DNA of 64,000 bases from Chiloscyllium plagiosum (GCF_004010195.1 NC_057719.1:77255339-77319338); one strand, 5' to 3'. Positions 1 through 14,599 are shown, counted from the stretch's first letter. Notes: generated by a model not told the origin, from the letters alone. Numbers and translations: made by a program.

Positions 1-273
1 CAGGCCCTTCAGCCCAACTAGTCCACACCAACCCTCCAAAGAGTAACCCACCCAGACCCATTCCTCCTAACTCTACAGGCAATTTAGTATGACCAATTCA
101 CCTAACCTACACATCTTTGGACTGTGGGAGGAAACCAGAGCGCCCAGAGGAAACTCACACAGACATGGGGAAGAACGTGCAAACGCCACACAGACAGTCG
201 CCCGAGGGTGGAATCGAACCCAGGTCCCTGGCGCTGAGGCACAGAAGTGCTAACCACTCAGCCACCGTGCTGT
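1..273 (-). mobile_element. HE1-type V-SINE (tRNA-derived)
   Basis: Minus strand reads GCACGGTGGCTGAGTGGTTAGCAC..GGTTCGATTCC (A/B boxes), then the V-domain TGGTTTCCTCCCACAGTCCAAAGATGTG and a CR1-like tail. Confidence 0.9.
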
Positions 274-785
274 CCCTAATATCTTGATGAAATATTTCTC
301 CAAGGATAGTTCCGGGAATTAATATCTCCGATCTCCTCAAACCAAACTGTTAACTTAATCTTGAGCCCCATAATCCGACTTGCTACCCAGACTGATTTTC
401 CATTGTTTTCCAGCTGACAGCAATGTGATCTTATTGTTAAGGAACAGCCTTTTTATCTTAAGACTCCCACAAAGCAGTGTGTCTCAACTCTGTCTCTATA
501 AAAGTGTGTGGATGTGTTAGGATTAAAAGAGAAATGTAGTTAATTATCAAGCTGCCATGCAGAATTAACCAATTTGCTACATCTTTAAAGCATAGGGTTG
601 TTTCTGATAAAGGAGAGTTATGTTTGAATTTATTGAAGAAAACATCAAGATAAGGAAAAACAAATGGACCATTTTTTGTTGGCAAAGACAGACTTTGTGC
701 AGTAGAGCTTGGTTTCCAGTGCACTCCTGTAGTCAAAGTCATAACAATTCCTACTTGGGGAGGTCATTCAAAAAGAATGAACAGC

Positions 786-1100
786 TGGAGGTGCCGGTGT
801 TGGACTGGGGTGTATAAAGTTAAAAAATCACAACACTAGGTTAACCTAAGAATGTAAACTTGTTTTAAAAAAAGTTTTTTGTGATTTACACATGAAAGAA
901 GTGAAACTAACATGAAACTTAACAAGCAATCAAGGTATTTTTCAATGTGTAATTTCAGTTATAGCACACTAAACTTTTATTATAAGACACAGAATTTATA
1001 GCAGTGTACTCCACAATCACCTGATGCAGGAAGTAGCGCTCCAAAAGCTAGCACTTCCAATTAAACCTGTTGGCCTGGTGTGGTGTGGTTTTTAAACTTG
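786..1100. mobile_element. Penelope-like terminal fragment, family B, partly inverted
   Basis: Shares GTTGGACTGGGG..AAAGTTAAAAA and CACCTGATG..GCTCC.AAAGCTAG with the copies at 1229 and 60520. Confidence 0.65.
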
Positions 1101-1228
1101 AGGTATACAGCAATCTAGCTGAGCTTAAAGTCTATCTACACAGATAAATGCAGCCTCCACTTTGGTTGCAAGTGATATTGGTTTTTGTGAATTGCAGATT
1201 CCCACATAACCTGTACAATACACAGCAA

Positions 1229-1428
1229 TGATTCGGAGATTCAGGTGTTGGACTGGGGTATACAAAGTTAAAAATCACAACACCAGGTTATAGTCCAACA
1301 GGTTTAGGTGGAAGCACACTAGCTTTCGGAGCGACGCTCCTTCATCAGGTGATTGTCGCTCCGAAAGCTAGTGTGCTTCCAACTAAACCTGTTGGACTAT
1401 AACCTGGTGTTGTGAGATTTTTAAACTT
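1229..1428. mobile_element. Fold-back Penelope-derived insert, family B, with hammerhead-like core
   Basis: Long inverted repeat. TSD AATACACAGCAA at 1217-1228 and 1429-1440. Minus-strand CTGATGA-A-GGAGC-GTC-GCTCC-GAAAG at 1348-1323. Confidence 0.8.
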
Positions 1429-4400
1429 AATACACAGCAAGTTTTCTTTTTAAAAAGCATGGCCACACTACCTAACCTACAACGAGCCAGGGAGAACATG
1501 TAAACTCCACCCAGACAGAATTTCTACTAGAGGCTGGAATCAAAGCCAGGGCACTGGTGCTGGGAGGTAGTGCAATTTTATTAACCGTTTTATTTCTCTT
1601 CCTTGCATTATATGAAAGAGGAATTTGATTTGTTTTGCTTTTTAAGATTAATCTGCCACTTTAACTAAAATTATCTAATACTACTCCAGAAGGATGGTCT
1701 TGTTTTAGAGAAGGTATTATAGGCAATTTCAAACAAACAAGTTAAAAGTATGCCAAATGCTCCTAGTTACAGTTTTCAACAGTACTTTATCACTTGGATA
1801 CAGCCAGTTTTTAAAATGTATTAATGCACTTTATTTTCATACATTTAAAGTGTTGAGTAGGTATACTTAAACTGAGATTTTTGTTTGTGTGTACATAGTA
1901 ATTCTGATTTACAGTAGAAATACCCTATACAATTGGTTTCATAGTATCCAAACAGCCTAGCTGAGGAAAAAAAAAAAGGAAGCAGTTTAGGGAAAAATGA
2001 CTAACTATTTGAATGATGTCTAATTTAAAAAAAAGTGAAGGATAGAGAGTGTATAACAGGAGGTGCAGTAACTTTGACATTAAAATAATAGTTCACACAC
2101 AGGACCAACAACACTTTAATATCATCCCTTCAACCAATGAAGAATCAAAATTAAACATCCACCCTCCAGCAAATGATTGTGGTATTAAATCTTACTTTAT
2201 CCCAGTATAATCATGATAATAGTCTAAATCAAAAAAACAACATCCATTAGTATTGTGTTACAGACAATTGTGGGAATAATAAACACTTGGTAACAATGGA
2301 TGGTAGGGGGAAAATAAAGGGAGAAACTCAGCAGGTCTGGATTTAAAAGTCTGTTTCAAAATAAAAAAGAGAAAAAATGTTAATGTTGAGTCCTGAGTGA
2401 TTGCTCTGAAAAAAGTCACAGTCTAAAGCCAGTATTTTCCACTGCACCTATAAATAGGAACAATTATCCCATATTCAAAACAAAAAACTGTACAGAATAC
2501 TACAAAATGACAAAGCTCAGTCAGGTAAAACCAATCTGAACTTTCCCCTTCCTGAAGGGGTATGGATAAACAGACAGGAGAAAGAAAGAACTTCAACATC
2601 AAGAGGGAAGAGGAAACAGATTTTCCTTCAAGGTTTAAAATTCAAACTTTAGAATCCTCTTGAATACTAATCAGCTTTCCCCATCTCCATCATAAAGCTT
2701 GTTCAACTTAGAAAATCAGAGCAAGTATTTGATGGCTGCAACTCACGACTGCTTGTCCCAACCTTCGCTACAGCATCCTGCATACTCAATTTGGAGTACT
2801 GACATGGATAAACTAGCAGCCTCATCACAATGCCTACTCCGACTATTTCTGTCCCGCAACATGACTTTGGAACTCGGACAGCCACTAACTTCTGTCAAAT
2901 TACTGTGTACAGGGGGAGGACACAACAGAAGGAATCTTATGGCTGTTAGCTGGTCACTGAGTCAATGGGATGGACATAAATCACTGATACTACACGGTCA
3001 GTGTCCAACTATAGCATATTGTCAGCAGCCTATGTAGTAAACACACCACATGCACTTCAACCAAAATTACTACCTCTGAAAGCAACAGGAAACAGCCCTT
3101 AGTGGGATGATGGTGGATCAATGGACTTCTGAAATTCTATGGCAGAGAGTTGGCTACAGTCAGGGTCTTGGTCCTGCTAGTGTGTGGACACGGTTGGTCG
3201 GTCATAAATTATACCTAATCAGTTGGACTGCTGTTGAGGCATTTGTATGGGGCATGGTCCATTCTTGGAGCTAGTCTTGTGCAAAGACAGTATGTGCGAG
3301 AGGGAGAAAAGGAAAGTCACATAAGATGGGCTCATTGCCCTGAGGTAACTTAGGGAATATCTACAAAAGAAAGCAATTCAAGGATTGGGTTTCATAGATG
3401 ACAGAAAGAGAACCTTAGGAACAGTGATCTGTGAAATCTAACACTGGCTTATACATGGGGCAAGTGTCAGAGTGATGAGGACATGGAAATTTACAGTTAG
3501 TGAGACAGGAGGAAGAGAAAACAAAAAAAGAGTGCTGAAAACAAACATCAGGGTGACAGGAACGGCAAAGCAAAAAAAACCCAAATGAAAAAAAAAGTGA
3601 TTATATATTTAAAAACCAAATGGTGTCTCAGGTAGAGCTTGCAAGTCACAAGAACATGAAGTTGAAAGCTTGCCAACTTTGATCCAAAACCAAGTGGTTG
3701 CAATCACATGCCAAAGCTACTGTTCCCCCACCACCCTTGGAATGAATTTTTTTTTCCAAATTGCAGGCCTCTCATTGTGATTTTAATTGTGCCATTCAGG
3801 AATGCCATCCATCTGGCATCATTTTAAATTACCAGGTTCCTCCATTGTCTAAGAATGAATGTTAAAAATTGTGGCCTCAAGCAATCATTACAAATGCATT
3901 GTCCATACTAGTGGCCTCTTAATCAACTAAGATGTAATCAGGCTAACACTTTGAAAACATGTTCCACAGCTTTCACCTTTGAACTGTAATTAAATATGCA
4001 AAGACATGTTCTGTGCAAGGTGCCTTTTCAAGGGAAGGGGCTGTAACAACGCCTTACTCCAGAGTGTTCACGCTATGTTCAATTACATATGGTTAAATAC
4101 ATCGGAGTTCTTTACCAAGGCATAGCACTGGCCTCCTTAGTAAGCCTTCATTGCATACAGTTTAGGTATAACAGTGACGTGAGGGCTCAGGTATACCGGT
4201 TACTGAAATGCTGTTCTCAGTTCCTGACAGATTCTGTTATGGCATTGACACAAATAGTATGCTGGGAGTTAAAACATTCTGCATTGCCTTTGCATTTGAA
4301 GTAAAGATAACAATTCAACATCAGCAAGATCAGCAGCCAAGCCTGAGGAAGCAGCAGGTGAAGATCCACAAAAGGCAGCAGAGGAGAATGAAGAGACCCT

Positions 4401-4688
4401 AGAATTTGCTTAAATGCAAATTGAAATCTTTAATCTGAGTAGTTTTATAGCTATTTTTCAAAATCACCTCCAAAAAACTGATTCAGAGATTTTTTAAAAA
4501 AAGTGAAATGGAATAAGCAACTCTCACTGAGCAAGCAACCAAACTAAGTTGAACATTCTGGATCTTGTTCCAATTTCCCTAGTTGCATCGGATTCTACAG
4601 AAAATACACAGGAATGTATCATATCATGGAAGCATCTGAAAAGTCAAAAGTTTTATTTATAAATCAACTGAGGTCTGTTGAATCTTAC

Positions 4689-4913
4689 CCTTCCCCGCTG
4701 TAGTATTTTAGACCGTTTAGGATTTTTGTTCATAAATATTGGCTGTTGCATTCTGGCTTTTCCATTTAGTCCATTAATTTTCATCTCTGGATATACATTG
4801 TCCAGGTACCACTTGAAAGATGTGCAGTTCAGTTTCTTTCTCAGTTCCAAACGCTCACTAATGTCACCATAATTTTGTTTCCGCAAATCAGGTCTTAAGG
4901 ATAAGTATTGTTC
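4689..4913 (-). CDS. GALNT11: GALNT11 coding exon 8 (225 nt), end of catalytic domain and linker; gene continues left of the window
   Basis: [44 protein letters not shown]...KILQRGR. Acceptor TTTTCAG, donor GTAAGA. Confidence 0.96.
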
Positions 4914-4984
4914 CTGAAAATGGAAAATAACTTATGCATTTTAGAAGGAAACAGACAAAAAAGTGTTAACAAATCAAGGTGCTG

Positions 4985-7200
4985 TTTATTGAGATGTACA
5001 ACATGGAAACAGACCCTTTGGTCCAACCCACCCATGCTGACCAGATATCCCAACCCAATCTAGTCCCACCTTCCAGTACCTGGTCCATATCCCTCCACAC
5101 CCTTCCCATTCATATACCCACCCAAATGCCTCTTAAAATGTTGCAATTGTACCAGCCTCCACCACTTCCTCTGGCAGTTCATTCTATACATGCACCACCC
5201 ACGGCATGAAAACATTGCCCCATAGGTCCTTTTAAATATTTCCCCTCACCCTAAACTTATATCCTTTAGTTCTGGACTCCCAAACCCCAGGAAAAAGACC
5301 TGTCTATTTATCCTATCCATGCCCCTCAATTTTGTAAACCTCTATAAAGGTCACCCCTCAGCCTCCGACGCTCCAGGGAAAACAGCCCCATCCTGATAAG
5401 CCTCTCCCTATAGCTCAAATCCTCCAACCTCAGCAACATTCTTGTTAATCTTTTCTGAACCCTTTCAAGTTTCACAACATCTTTCCGATAGGAAGACGAC
5501 TAGAATTGCTCACAATATTCCAACAGTGGCATAACCAATGTCCTGTACAACCGCAACATGACCTCCCAACTCCTGTATTCAATACTCTGACCAATAAAGG
5601 AAAGCATACCAAACACCTTCTTCACTATCCTATCTACCTGCGACTCTGCTTTCAAGGAGCTATGAACCTGCACTCCAAGGTCTTTGTTCAGCAACACTCC
5701 CTAGGACCTTACCATTAAATGTATAAGTCCCACTAAGATTGGCTTTCCCAAAATGCAGCACCTCACATTTATCTGAATTAAACTTCATCTGCCACCTGGT
5801 CAAGATCTGGTTGTAATCGGAGGTAACCCTCTTCACTGTCCACTACATCTCCAGTTTTGGGGTCATCTGCAAACTTACTAACTGTACCTCTTATGCTCGT
5901 ATCCAAATCATTTATGTCAATGACAAAAAGTAGAGGACCCAGCACCGATCCTTGTGGCACTCCACTGGTCACAGGCCTCCAGTCTGAAAAATAACCCTCC
6001 ACCACCACCCTCTATCTTCTACCTTTGAGCCAGTTCTATATCCAAATGGCTAGTTCTCCCTGTATTCAGTGAGATCTAACCCTAATCAGTCTCCCATGGG
6101 GAACCCTGTCGAACGCCTTACTGAAGTCCATATAGATCACATCAACTGCTCTGTCCTCAATCCTTTGTTCCTTCTTAAAAAAACTCAAATCAAGTTTGAG
6201 AGACATGATTTCCCACGCACAAAGCCATGTTGACTATCCCTAAATCAGTCCTTGTTTTTCCAAATACATGTACATCCTATCCCTCAGGATCCCCTCCAAC
6301 AACTTGCCCACCACTGACATCAGGCTCACTGGTCTATCATTCCCTGACTTGCCCTTACCACCTTTCTTAAACAGTGGCACATTAGCCAACCTCCAGTCTT
6401 CCAGCATCTCACCTGTGACTATCAATGGTACAAATATCTCAGCAAGAGGCCCAGCAATCACTTCTCTAGCTCTCCACAGAGTTCTAGGGTACACCTGATC
6501 AGGTCCTGGGAATTTATCCACCTTTATGCGTTTCAAGACATCCAGCACTTCCTCCTCTGTAATTTGGACTTTTTGCAAGGTGTCACCATCTATTTCCCTG
6601 CAGTCTATATCTTCTATATGCTTTTCCACAGTAAATACTGATGCAAAATACTCATTTAGCATCTCCCCCATCTCTTGCAGCTCCACAAAGACCACCTTGT
6701 TGATCTTTGAAGGACCCTATTTTCTCCCGAGTTACCCTTTTGTCCTTAATGTATTTGTAAAAACCCGATTAGATTAGATTACTTAGTGTGGAAACAGGCC
6801 CTTCTGCCCAACAAGTCCACACCGACCCGCCGAAGCGCAATCCACCCATACCCCTACATTTACCCCTTACCTAACACTACGGGCAATTTAGCATGGCCAA
6901 TTCACCTGACCTGCACATCTTTGGACTGTGGGAGGAAACCGGAGCACCCAGAGGAAACCCACACAGACACGGGGAGAATGTGCAAACTCCACACAGTCAG
7001 TCGCCTGAGGCGAGAATTTAACCTGGGTCTCTGGCGCTGTGAGGCAGCAGTGCTGACCACTGTGCCGCCCAAGTTTCTCCTTAATTCTATTTGCCAAAGC
7101 TATCTCACGAGCCCCTTTTTGCTCTCCTGATTTCTCTCTTAAGTATACTCCTACTGCCTTTATACTGTACTGTAAGGATTCGCTCGATCTATCCTGACTA
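4985..7200 (-). mobile_element. CR1 (HER1-like) LINE, 5'-truncated and decayed, interrupted by a SINE
   Basis: ORF fragments PGPDQVYPR, PLFKKGGK..RPVSL, GVPQGSVLGPLLF, KFADD, RLYRTLVMPLLEYC. CR1 3' tail near 4990. Confidence 0.92.
6768..7069 (-). mobile_element. HE1-type V-SINE nested in CR1
   Basis: Full tRNA head, V-domain and (TAATC)n tail; closely similar to the copy at 56905. Confidence 0.92.
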
Positions 7201-9214
7201 TATCCTAGATATTCTTGTATCCAGGGAATGTCCTTACAATTCATTTCACAACCCCTCCAACAAAAGCTACATGAAATTCATGTTGTTATTTGTAATTAAA
7301 GATTGCAATAAAGCATTATATTCAAATTTGGTTTCCATTTATGACCTCTGAGACAGAATTTAAAAGGTAAGTCAAGAACTGGTCAAAGCCTCTGGCTTCC
7401 TTCAATTCTAAAAGCTCCATGTAACATTTCAACAGCACTCATCATGTTTTAGTACTATTTCAGTAGGTAGGTAGGTCGGACAGATGGACAGACTAATGAT
7501 CAATTGCTTATATTTTGTGCAATATACCCTTGTAACATACAGGGGAATAAAAAAAAAGGACAATACATTGCAAAAACTTTAAGACATCGCATGCACAGGC
7601 CAAGGAAATGAACTTGGGGGATTAGTCTCAAAAAAAAAAACCACAACTGTAAATAATTTTAAGCAGATATCTTGGGGTTTACACTTAAACCAATTCAGTT
7701 CATCACTACAAAATGAAGTTAAAACAAAAAAAACTGAGTTAGAAATAAATTCAGGGCTTTTATTGGCAGCTTCCTAATAATAAAGACAAGATTGATCCCA
7801 GTTAGTGACATAGCTATTCTCGTCTGTGACAGCAGTACCAGCTGCTTGGACAAGTCATCCAAAACTGGATGGTCATGAAACCAAAAGTTCTAGGTTGTAA
7901 AAATCACTATACCAAAAAAAAAATCCCAGCTAGAAATACCTGTTGGGTAAGGATGTCAGATCATGCTTGTTTATATCACAAGCTATAGCTTCAGACTACA
8001 GGATGACGGTTATCCACCCAGTCGTGTAAAATGTTAATACCTTAAATCAAAATCAAATTTAAAAAGCGCTGAAAATAAAGTTCAAAAAATGCTATTCCAT
8101 AAATAGCAAATTTCAAGTCTGCTAGTCATCCTATTGGCATGCAAATATTATTCCATGAACACATGTGCTAATGAAAACTTGAAGATATTAATATATTAGT
8201 GACCTAAACCAACAAATTTTGTTCATCCAGGTTACAGTTGACTAGTTGAGATGGAGAGGTAATCTATTAATCTTTCCTACAATTTAAATATAAGCAAAGA
8301 AACCTTGCACATTGAGTACTGCTCAGTCACATGTGGTCATTTTATTAAACATTAGTGTTGCGGGTTAGCAGCAGCTTGGGAGCAGATACTTTCTGTAGAA
8401 TTTCTCATCCCACAGGATTATAAAATCTTATCCAACCATGCATAGGTAGAACATCAGCTTGTTTCAAACAGAATATTTGTTGATCTTTCTAAAGTGAAAT
8501 ACACCACTTCAGATTAAAAAAGGACAATGCATATTAGATTGAAGGTATTGCTAACCTAAAGTTAAAAAAAAACCCAATAAGTTATAGCAAGATAGGATTA
8601 CATAATTTGACCAGTAGCTCAAATAGGAAACCTTATTCTAGCTGAAATTTTGATTTTGCTCTCAGTGTGGTTTCCTATGGTCAGGATTTCAAACAGTTCA
8701 TTTGGTCTGAAATTATTCTATAAAAAGAATCTTAAGGTGATGACATTTGTCTTTTTTTAAATATATAAGTACCAGAACAAAAATCATAGGAAACTGAAGA
8801 TTTAGGAAAACCATGCCTACTCTTAAGACAAAACTACTGTTAAAGACACTTGGGAACAGTTCATATATCATACAGTTCACATTTTACATCTGGCTTCTTA
8901 GTTACTGAAATAGTAATTGTTATTAGAATGTAAATAAATAAAGGTATTTGTGCTCATATCTTTAACACGTTGATACTGAAATAATCCATGTCATTTTTGA
9001 TGTGTAATATATCAGAAAAGACTGACTAAATAGAATACAAATCTGATCATAATTATGAGCACTAAGATGATTAAGTTTTGGGTCAGTCTAATTTTTAAAA
9101 AAATTAGAAAAATGAAAGGGTCATGTCACAGTTTCTAAAGTCCACCCGACAAGCCTGGGTTTTTCCTAGGCGATTAAAAGGGGGCATCGATCATTTAACT
9201 GGGAAAAAAAAACA

Positions 9215-9365
9215 CCACAGATCAGGCAGCATCTGAGGAGCAGGAGAAATCATGTTTCAGGCATAAGCCCTTTATCAGAAATGCCTGAGGGCTTACGCCC
9301 AAAATGTCAATGTTTCTGCTCAAATGCTGCCTGACCTGCTGTGCTTTTCCAGCACCACACTTTTG
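9215..9365. mobile_element. Degenerate fold-back Penelope-derived insert, family A
   Basis: CAGGCAGCATCTGAGGAGCAGG...ATGCTGCCTGACCTGCTGTGCTTTTCCAGCACCACAC in inverted arrangement. Confidence 0.7.
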
Positions 9366-10724
9366 ATAGTATTTTGTAAGCAGGTACACTAAGTTTCCCA
9401 TTTACTTGCTAGAGAGGTGGCATCTCAAATGCTGATTTATCCTTATTGCCATAAAAAGCCCACAAAATTCATGTTATGGAGTTTGGGAATACCTTTGAAC
9501 AAAGAGGCTAGGCCAGTCTATCAAGATCTGGGCAAAGTATGGCAGTTATAGTCAGCAAAATGTTGTGTTCACCACACAAGAATGCAGAAGAGGGCTCATG
9601 CTTTGAGTAGGATTACCAAGAGTTCTAGAAGAATCATCTCAAGTTAAAAAATCTTAACTGAGGAGACAGTCGGAAGCCGAGATATAGAAAAGAAATAAAC
9701 CCCCAGGAGCCAAGAATCATTTTAGACTGGTCTCTGGAGATTTGTAAAGTACATCTGTGATGTGATTTTTGTTGTGCTAAGGAAAACAAGAATGTTGTGT
9801 TGTGATTTGGTTTAGAATGCAACCTAGCTATGAAAGATAGTGATTTGATTAGTCAATAGTGCTTTGACTTGTTATAGTAGCAATCTTTTAAAAAAATCCA
9901 AGTTTATTTTCTTTTTAAAGTATGCAGTTATTGGCCTCTACAGAGGTTATAACAAATTTACATGGCCAGAGAGCATGGAAGAAATTTACAGATTTCGGTT
10001 GAAAGATTAATAATCTTGAGACATTTAAAACAGCCTGGGCTGATCACATGACATTTTCAATGCTTCTGAACCCCCTGCATTGTATAGGTATTACAGCTAA
10101 AGCCGAAAAGCAGCTTAGCGACAAGCCATCTGCCTCCCACTAACTCTGGGAGAAAACGAAAACCTCAATTCATATTATAACAAACACTAAATGCTCCTAC
10201 TCACTCTCTTCACAAAGGAAATTGATTGCCAGTTTGGCATCATTCCTTTCAAATGAGATGACCCCTCAGGGCCTGATGTGCCTGTGTTTGTCACATGACT
10301 AATCAGTTTGCTGAATTGCCAATATCTAAAATTTGGCGAGTTCAAGTCAGTTGCTGTTTTCTTTCTAAAAAGACAGCAGGATTCCAGTTGATGGCAACAG
10401 TCTGTCTTGGACCCTCCTCTTGACTCCAATTAGATTGCTGCTTATACTTTGTAATAAGGAATTACTGGGCCCAGCTCACGCAGGAAACAATTTGACACAG
10501 ACCTCTGAAACGTTGTGAACTACTACATCAATTAAATCCTGTCCTCAAGATTCAAGAGCTCAAGTGGTCATAGTAGCCATTCCCACACATTTTATAAAAA
10601 TATTTCACATCAACCTCGGATTTTTTTTCCCTGCGAGTTTATTTCAAAAACTTTGGAATCCAAAACTAGGATTTTATTAACACCTACTTCACTAAAAAAA
10701 AACCAATCATGCAATAATTCACAG

Positions 10725-11645
10725 GTGTAGCTGCCTGAGTGACTGGAGGCCAGTGTTCAGTGATGTACCACAAAGATCAGTACTGTGACCCTTATTGTTT
10801 GTTAGATACATAAATGATGTAGAAGGAAATGTGGAGGCAAGTGTTTGCAGATGACACCAAGATTGCTCTCATGGTTAATAGCAAAGATGATGGTCGTAGG
10901 TTACAGGAAGATATAGATGGGTTGGTCAGATGGACAGTCCAGTGACACATGGTATTTAACCCTGATAAATGCAAGGTAATGCACTTTGAAGAAACAAGAT
11001 GGAGTATTTAACGAATGCTAGGACACTAAGCTTAGAGGAACAATGGAATATTGGGTAATTATTCTAGATCCCAGAGTCAGCAGAGCAGGTGAATAAACTT
11101 GTACTGTGCCACAACTGATGAAAGCAAGAACAAGGTGAATGTTTGAGTTGTACAGAACATTGGTAGTGTCACAATAGTGTCACTATTGTGTGCAATTCTG
11201 ATCACCTCACTACAGAAAAGGTGATAATAACACTAGTGGTGGTACTGAGGAAGTTCACCAGGACAGGGAAACAAAACCATAAAAAGGAAAGACTAGATAG
11301 GCCTGGACTCTTCTTCTGAGCAAAGACAGAAGGATCATGGTTGAGATGTAACAAGATTGAGGGGTATGGACAAGGTCCAGAGGCAGCTGTTTCATTTGGT
11401 TGAGGGGTCCATAAGGACAAACTTTTAGGGTAAGGTGCAGAAGATTCAGAAGATTAGGAAAAACATTTTCACTCAGCTGGTGGAAATCTATAATGCACTG
11501 CCAGCAAAGTTGTGGAAGCTGGAAACCTTACAACCTTAAAATATTTGGTTGATCATTTCAATCTTGTAACATTCAAAGGATGGTCAAGTGCAGGAAGTTG
11601 GGATTAGTGCATTTTTAGTGGTTAGTTATGTCTGTGCAGACGATG
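10725..11645 (+). mobile_element. Old CR1 LINE 3' fragment
   Basis: Decayed VPQ.SVL.PLLF and KFADDTK-coding sequence, plus CR1 3' region. Confidence 0.8.
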
Positions 11646-12184
11646 GAATGCTGATGACACCTAGCATTACTTGAAGACCTGCTCAATTTGTGTTAATCTA
11701 CCTATTCTCATCCTAAAAGCATTAAATATCTTAATTGTAGGGAAGTTTTCCCCAATCTGAACCTCTGTCAATCAACAACTTAAATATTCTCTTTGGTAGC
11801 ATCCTATCTAGCTTGTCCAGAATGCTAGAAAAAAAAAATCATGAATCTCATCCTTGCTACCATCTGGACACCAAATATTAAATTAACTGCTTAATGTTGG
11901 GTTTAAACTCAACCACCTCAAGCTCCTTATTAATTACTAGTAGAACAGCTCACTAAACTTGAAACCTTCTTTCAAAAAAAAAGGGGAAAATATTCAAGCT
12001 CTCACCTTTTCACTTAAATCTTCAACCTTCCATGTTGATCAAGTTCCTTACATATTTGAAACATTTTAAATAAAAAATGTTACTGCTAAAAAGATGCTGG
12101 CCATAGATGTTTGCCAGGTACAATTTAAATGTTTCTTGTACCCTTCATTAGAAATAATGAGAAATTCCCCTTGTAAATATATAC

Positions 12185-12337
12185 CTTATATTCATCCATC
12201 CAGACATGAGAAAGACGCAGAGAATTATATGCCATGGTATCCACTCCTCCTGGTGAGCCATATGGTCGCCATTTGCGGAATATATGCCCAACACGAGAAC
12301 ATGGGACTATTTTCAGCTGCCCACCACACATCCAAAT
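12185..12337 (-). CDS. GALNT11: GALNT11 coding exon 7 (153 nt)
   Basis: [51 protein letters not shown]. Acceptor CTCAG, donor GTATAT. Confidence 0.97.
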
Positions 12338-12673
12338 CTGAGCCAAAAGGAATAAAGTTTAGTGTAGAAAAGTATTTAAAATGGTATTTTCAAAAACAAA
12401 AACACCAGGTATTTGGAGGTTAATACTTTTAAAGCCAGTTGCAACCAGATATCACTTAATTTTGTCACAAACACAAAATTTCTACAAGTTAAGTGTTAAA
12501 TCAATAAGTGTTTACTGATCTGACCAAGCCAAAAACAATCTAAGTCACTTTGAATATTTTGCGCAAGTCAAAGGATAAAAGTCAAGAATGGAAAGTCAAT
12601 TTGAAATGAGAATTAGTTATTGCATGATAAAAAAAACCATTTCTTTAAATTAGCAGGCAGCAAGGAAAGTTAC

Positions 12674-12791
12674 CCTAAAGGAGATTTCCAGGTTTTCTCC
12701 TCCCCATATATCCATGCCACTGTCATACTGTCCCAGTTTATTGAAGTAATCCCGATTAATGGCAAACAATCCTCCAGCCATTGTAGGTGAT
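12674..12791 (-). CDS. GALNT11: GALNT11 coding exon 6 (118 nt), Gal/GalNAc-T motif
   Basis: [39 protein letters not shown]. Acceptor TTCAG, donor GTAACT. Confidence 0.97.
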
Positions 12792-13025
12792 CTGAATGAA
12801 GGAATGCAAAGAATACAGTCTAACCACATGCTAAATTGCAATAACCTCCAAACGTTTAGACCTACAGAAAGTAATTTTTTAGTTGGAGGACTACTCGGCA
12901 GTGAGCAAAAGTTCATCTTACAGTTTTTTGGCATGTGGTAATCTGTATATTTCTATACAACATTCAGTGTCTTTAGATCAATCCTCCCTTTAAAAAAAAT
13001 GAAGCAAATATTACTGGATTAGTAC

Positions 13026-13275
13026 TTGAATGGTTCAGTTGCTCCTTCTGGTCCATTCAGCAGTGAGACAGGCACAGGATCCCACTTGAAGTGCAGACCC
13101 CAGTTAAACCCTCCTCTCACGATTGGAGAAGAACTGTAGATTAGTGTGTCAGCATTGATGATATCAATCAGTGGGCAGACTACAGAGTGGTGATCTTCCT
13201 TAATTAGAGTCAGGAGAGGCTGCAGCCACATCTCGTTTACTTCACAATGACTATCGAGGAACACCAGTACATCAC
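13026..13275 (-). CDS. GALNT11: GALNT11 coding exon 5 (250 nt), DxH metal-binding motif
   Basis: [22 protein letters not shown]...VVCPLIDII...[13 protein letters not shown]. Acceptor TTCAG, donor GTACTA. Confidence 0.97.
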
Positions 13276-13429
13276 CTGAAGAAAAAAAAAAATGAATAAA
13301 AATCATGTTTTAAAATCCAAGCTAAAAATCAAAAAAAAGGAAAATTTGAACAAAGACAAATTCAGAACAATAGTTCAAGCTAAACCAGAAATGAATATAG
13401 AGTAGTTTGACCTATGGCAAATAGGCAAA

Positions 13430-13525
13430 CCCTCCACTTCACCTGACGAAGGAGAAGGCTCCAAAAGCTTGTGGTTTCAAATAAACCTGTTGGACTATAA
13501 CCTGACATTGTAGGACTCCTAACAA
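13430..13525 (+). mobile_element. Family B Penelope-derived fragment
   Basis: CACCTGACGAAGGAGAAGGCTCCAAAAGCTTGTG..AAACCTGTTGGACTATAACCTG. Confidence 0.7.
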
Positions 13526-14599
13526 TGGTAAATAGAATTGTGGTGCAGAAGGTTATTTCCACAGTTAGCAATAAACCTAGAGGCAAGTTGTTGGTATGCT
13601 AATGAATAAACAAAAAAAAGGGACTAAAACTCTACTTCTAAATTGCATACTGAACAAGGAGTGAAAAAGTAGTGATCAGGTTCTCTGGGAACCTGCTCTT
13701 TCATCAGCACAGAGGTCCAACTACAAAACTGAAGAATACACCCCTGGAAAAAAAAAAGAATTTTTTGAAAAGGAACATTTAATTTGTTACTTGACATTTT
13801 TAAAATTAGCACTTTCCCTCCAAATGAATCCATGTAAAAGCTGATGCAAGTGCTAAGGGAATCAACTCAGGATTCCCAGGTGAATCTTCAATGTGAACTG
13901 CTAGAAGTCCATTCAGGTATACGACAACTTTCAGAGGATTTGAATACAAAATGAACTTCCTAGGAAGATTGCAATGTTGTTGTATCCCTTAGTTGCAGTA
14001 AACTCAGTGCTTGCCAATAAATTACATCTGCCTTCAGGTACTGATGTGCAGAAGGAATAGATGCAGCTAATTGCAAGCAGATGTTTCTTAGCAACTCAGA
14101 ATAGCTATTTTAGGTAAAACAAAAAAAAATCTGCATCTGTGTGGCTGACAATCTTATTTAAATAGTTGGCAGCTAATGATGAAAGGCAGAGGGTAGATAT
14201 CAACTGTTGAATGAGTTAACAAACAAGCAGAATGATCTTTTCTTCCTTATATAGTCTGATTCAAAAGTCTTCAAGGAAAAAAAAATGTCTAAATAAGCTT
14301 TGTTCAACCATCTGTATTAAACCAGTGTGGTTTAAGATCAAAATTCAAGATTATATACTTGTAGAAAAACTGATTTTGACTAGTTGTTGTACCACATGAA
14401 ACAAAAACATGGCCAAAATAAGTTGAAACAAAAGACTGAACAAATGCAGGAAAAAAAACCACAAACATCCACTTCAAATAAAAATATTCAAAAGTTCTGC
14501 AAAGCTTCACATCTGCCTGAAGTTTGACCAGAATAAAGAATGCAACACGGGCAAACTTAAATGCATTAACAAAGAAAAATGTTTCACACAGCACCATAC

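Noticed and set aside
2699..3037. Overlapping ORFs as a possible GALNT11 lectin exon
   Set aside because: No ricin-type CL/QxW pattern in the minus-strand frames examined; the next exon probably lies left of the window.
4979..5209. Recurrent 'METDPSVQP.HADQISQPNLVPP' ORFs (also 20065, 23760, 59650) as a peptide family
   Set aside because: These are antisense translations of the CR1 3' tail.
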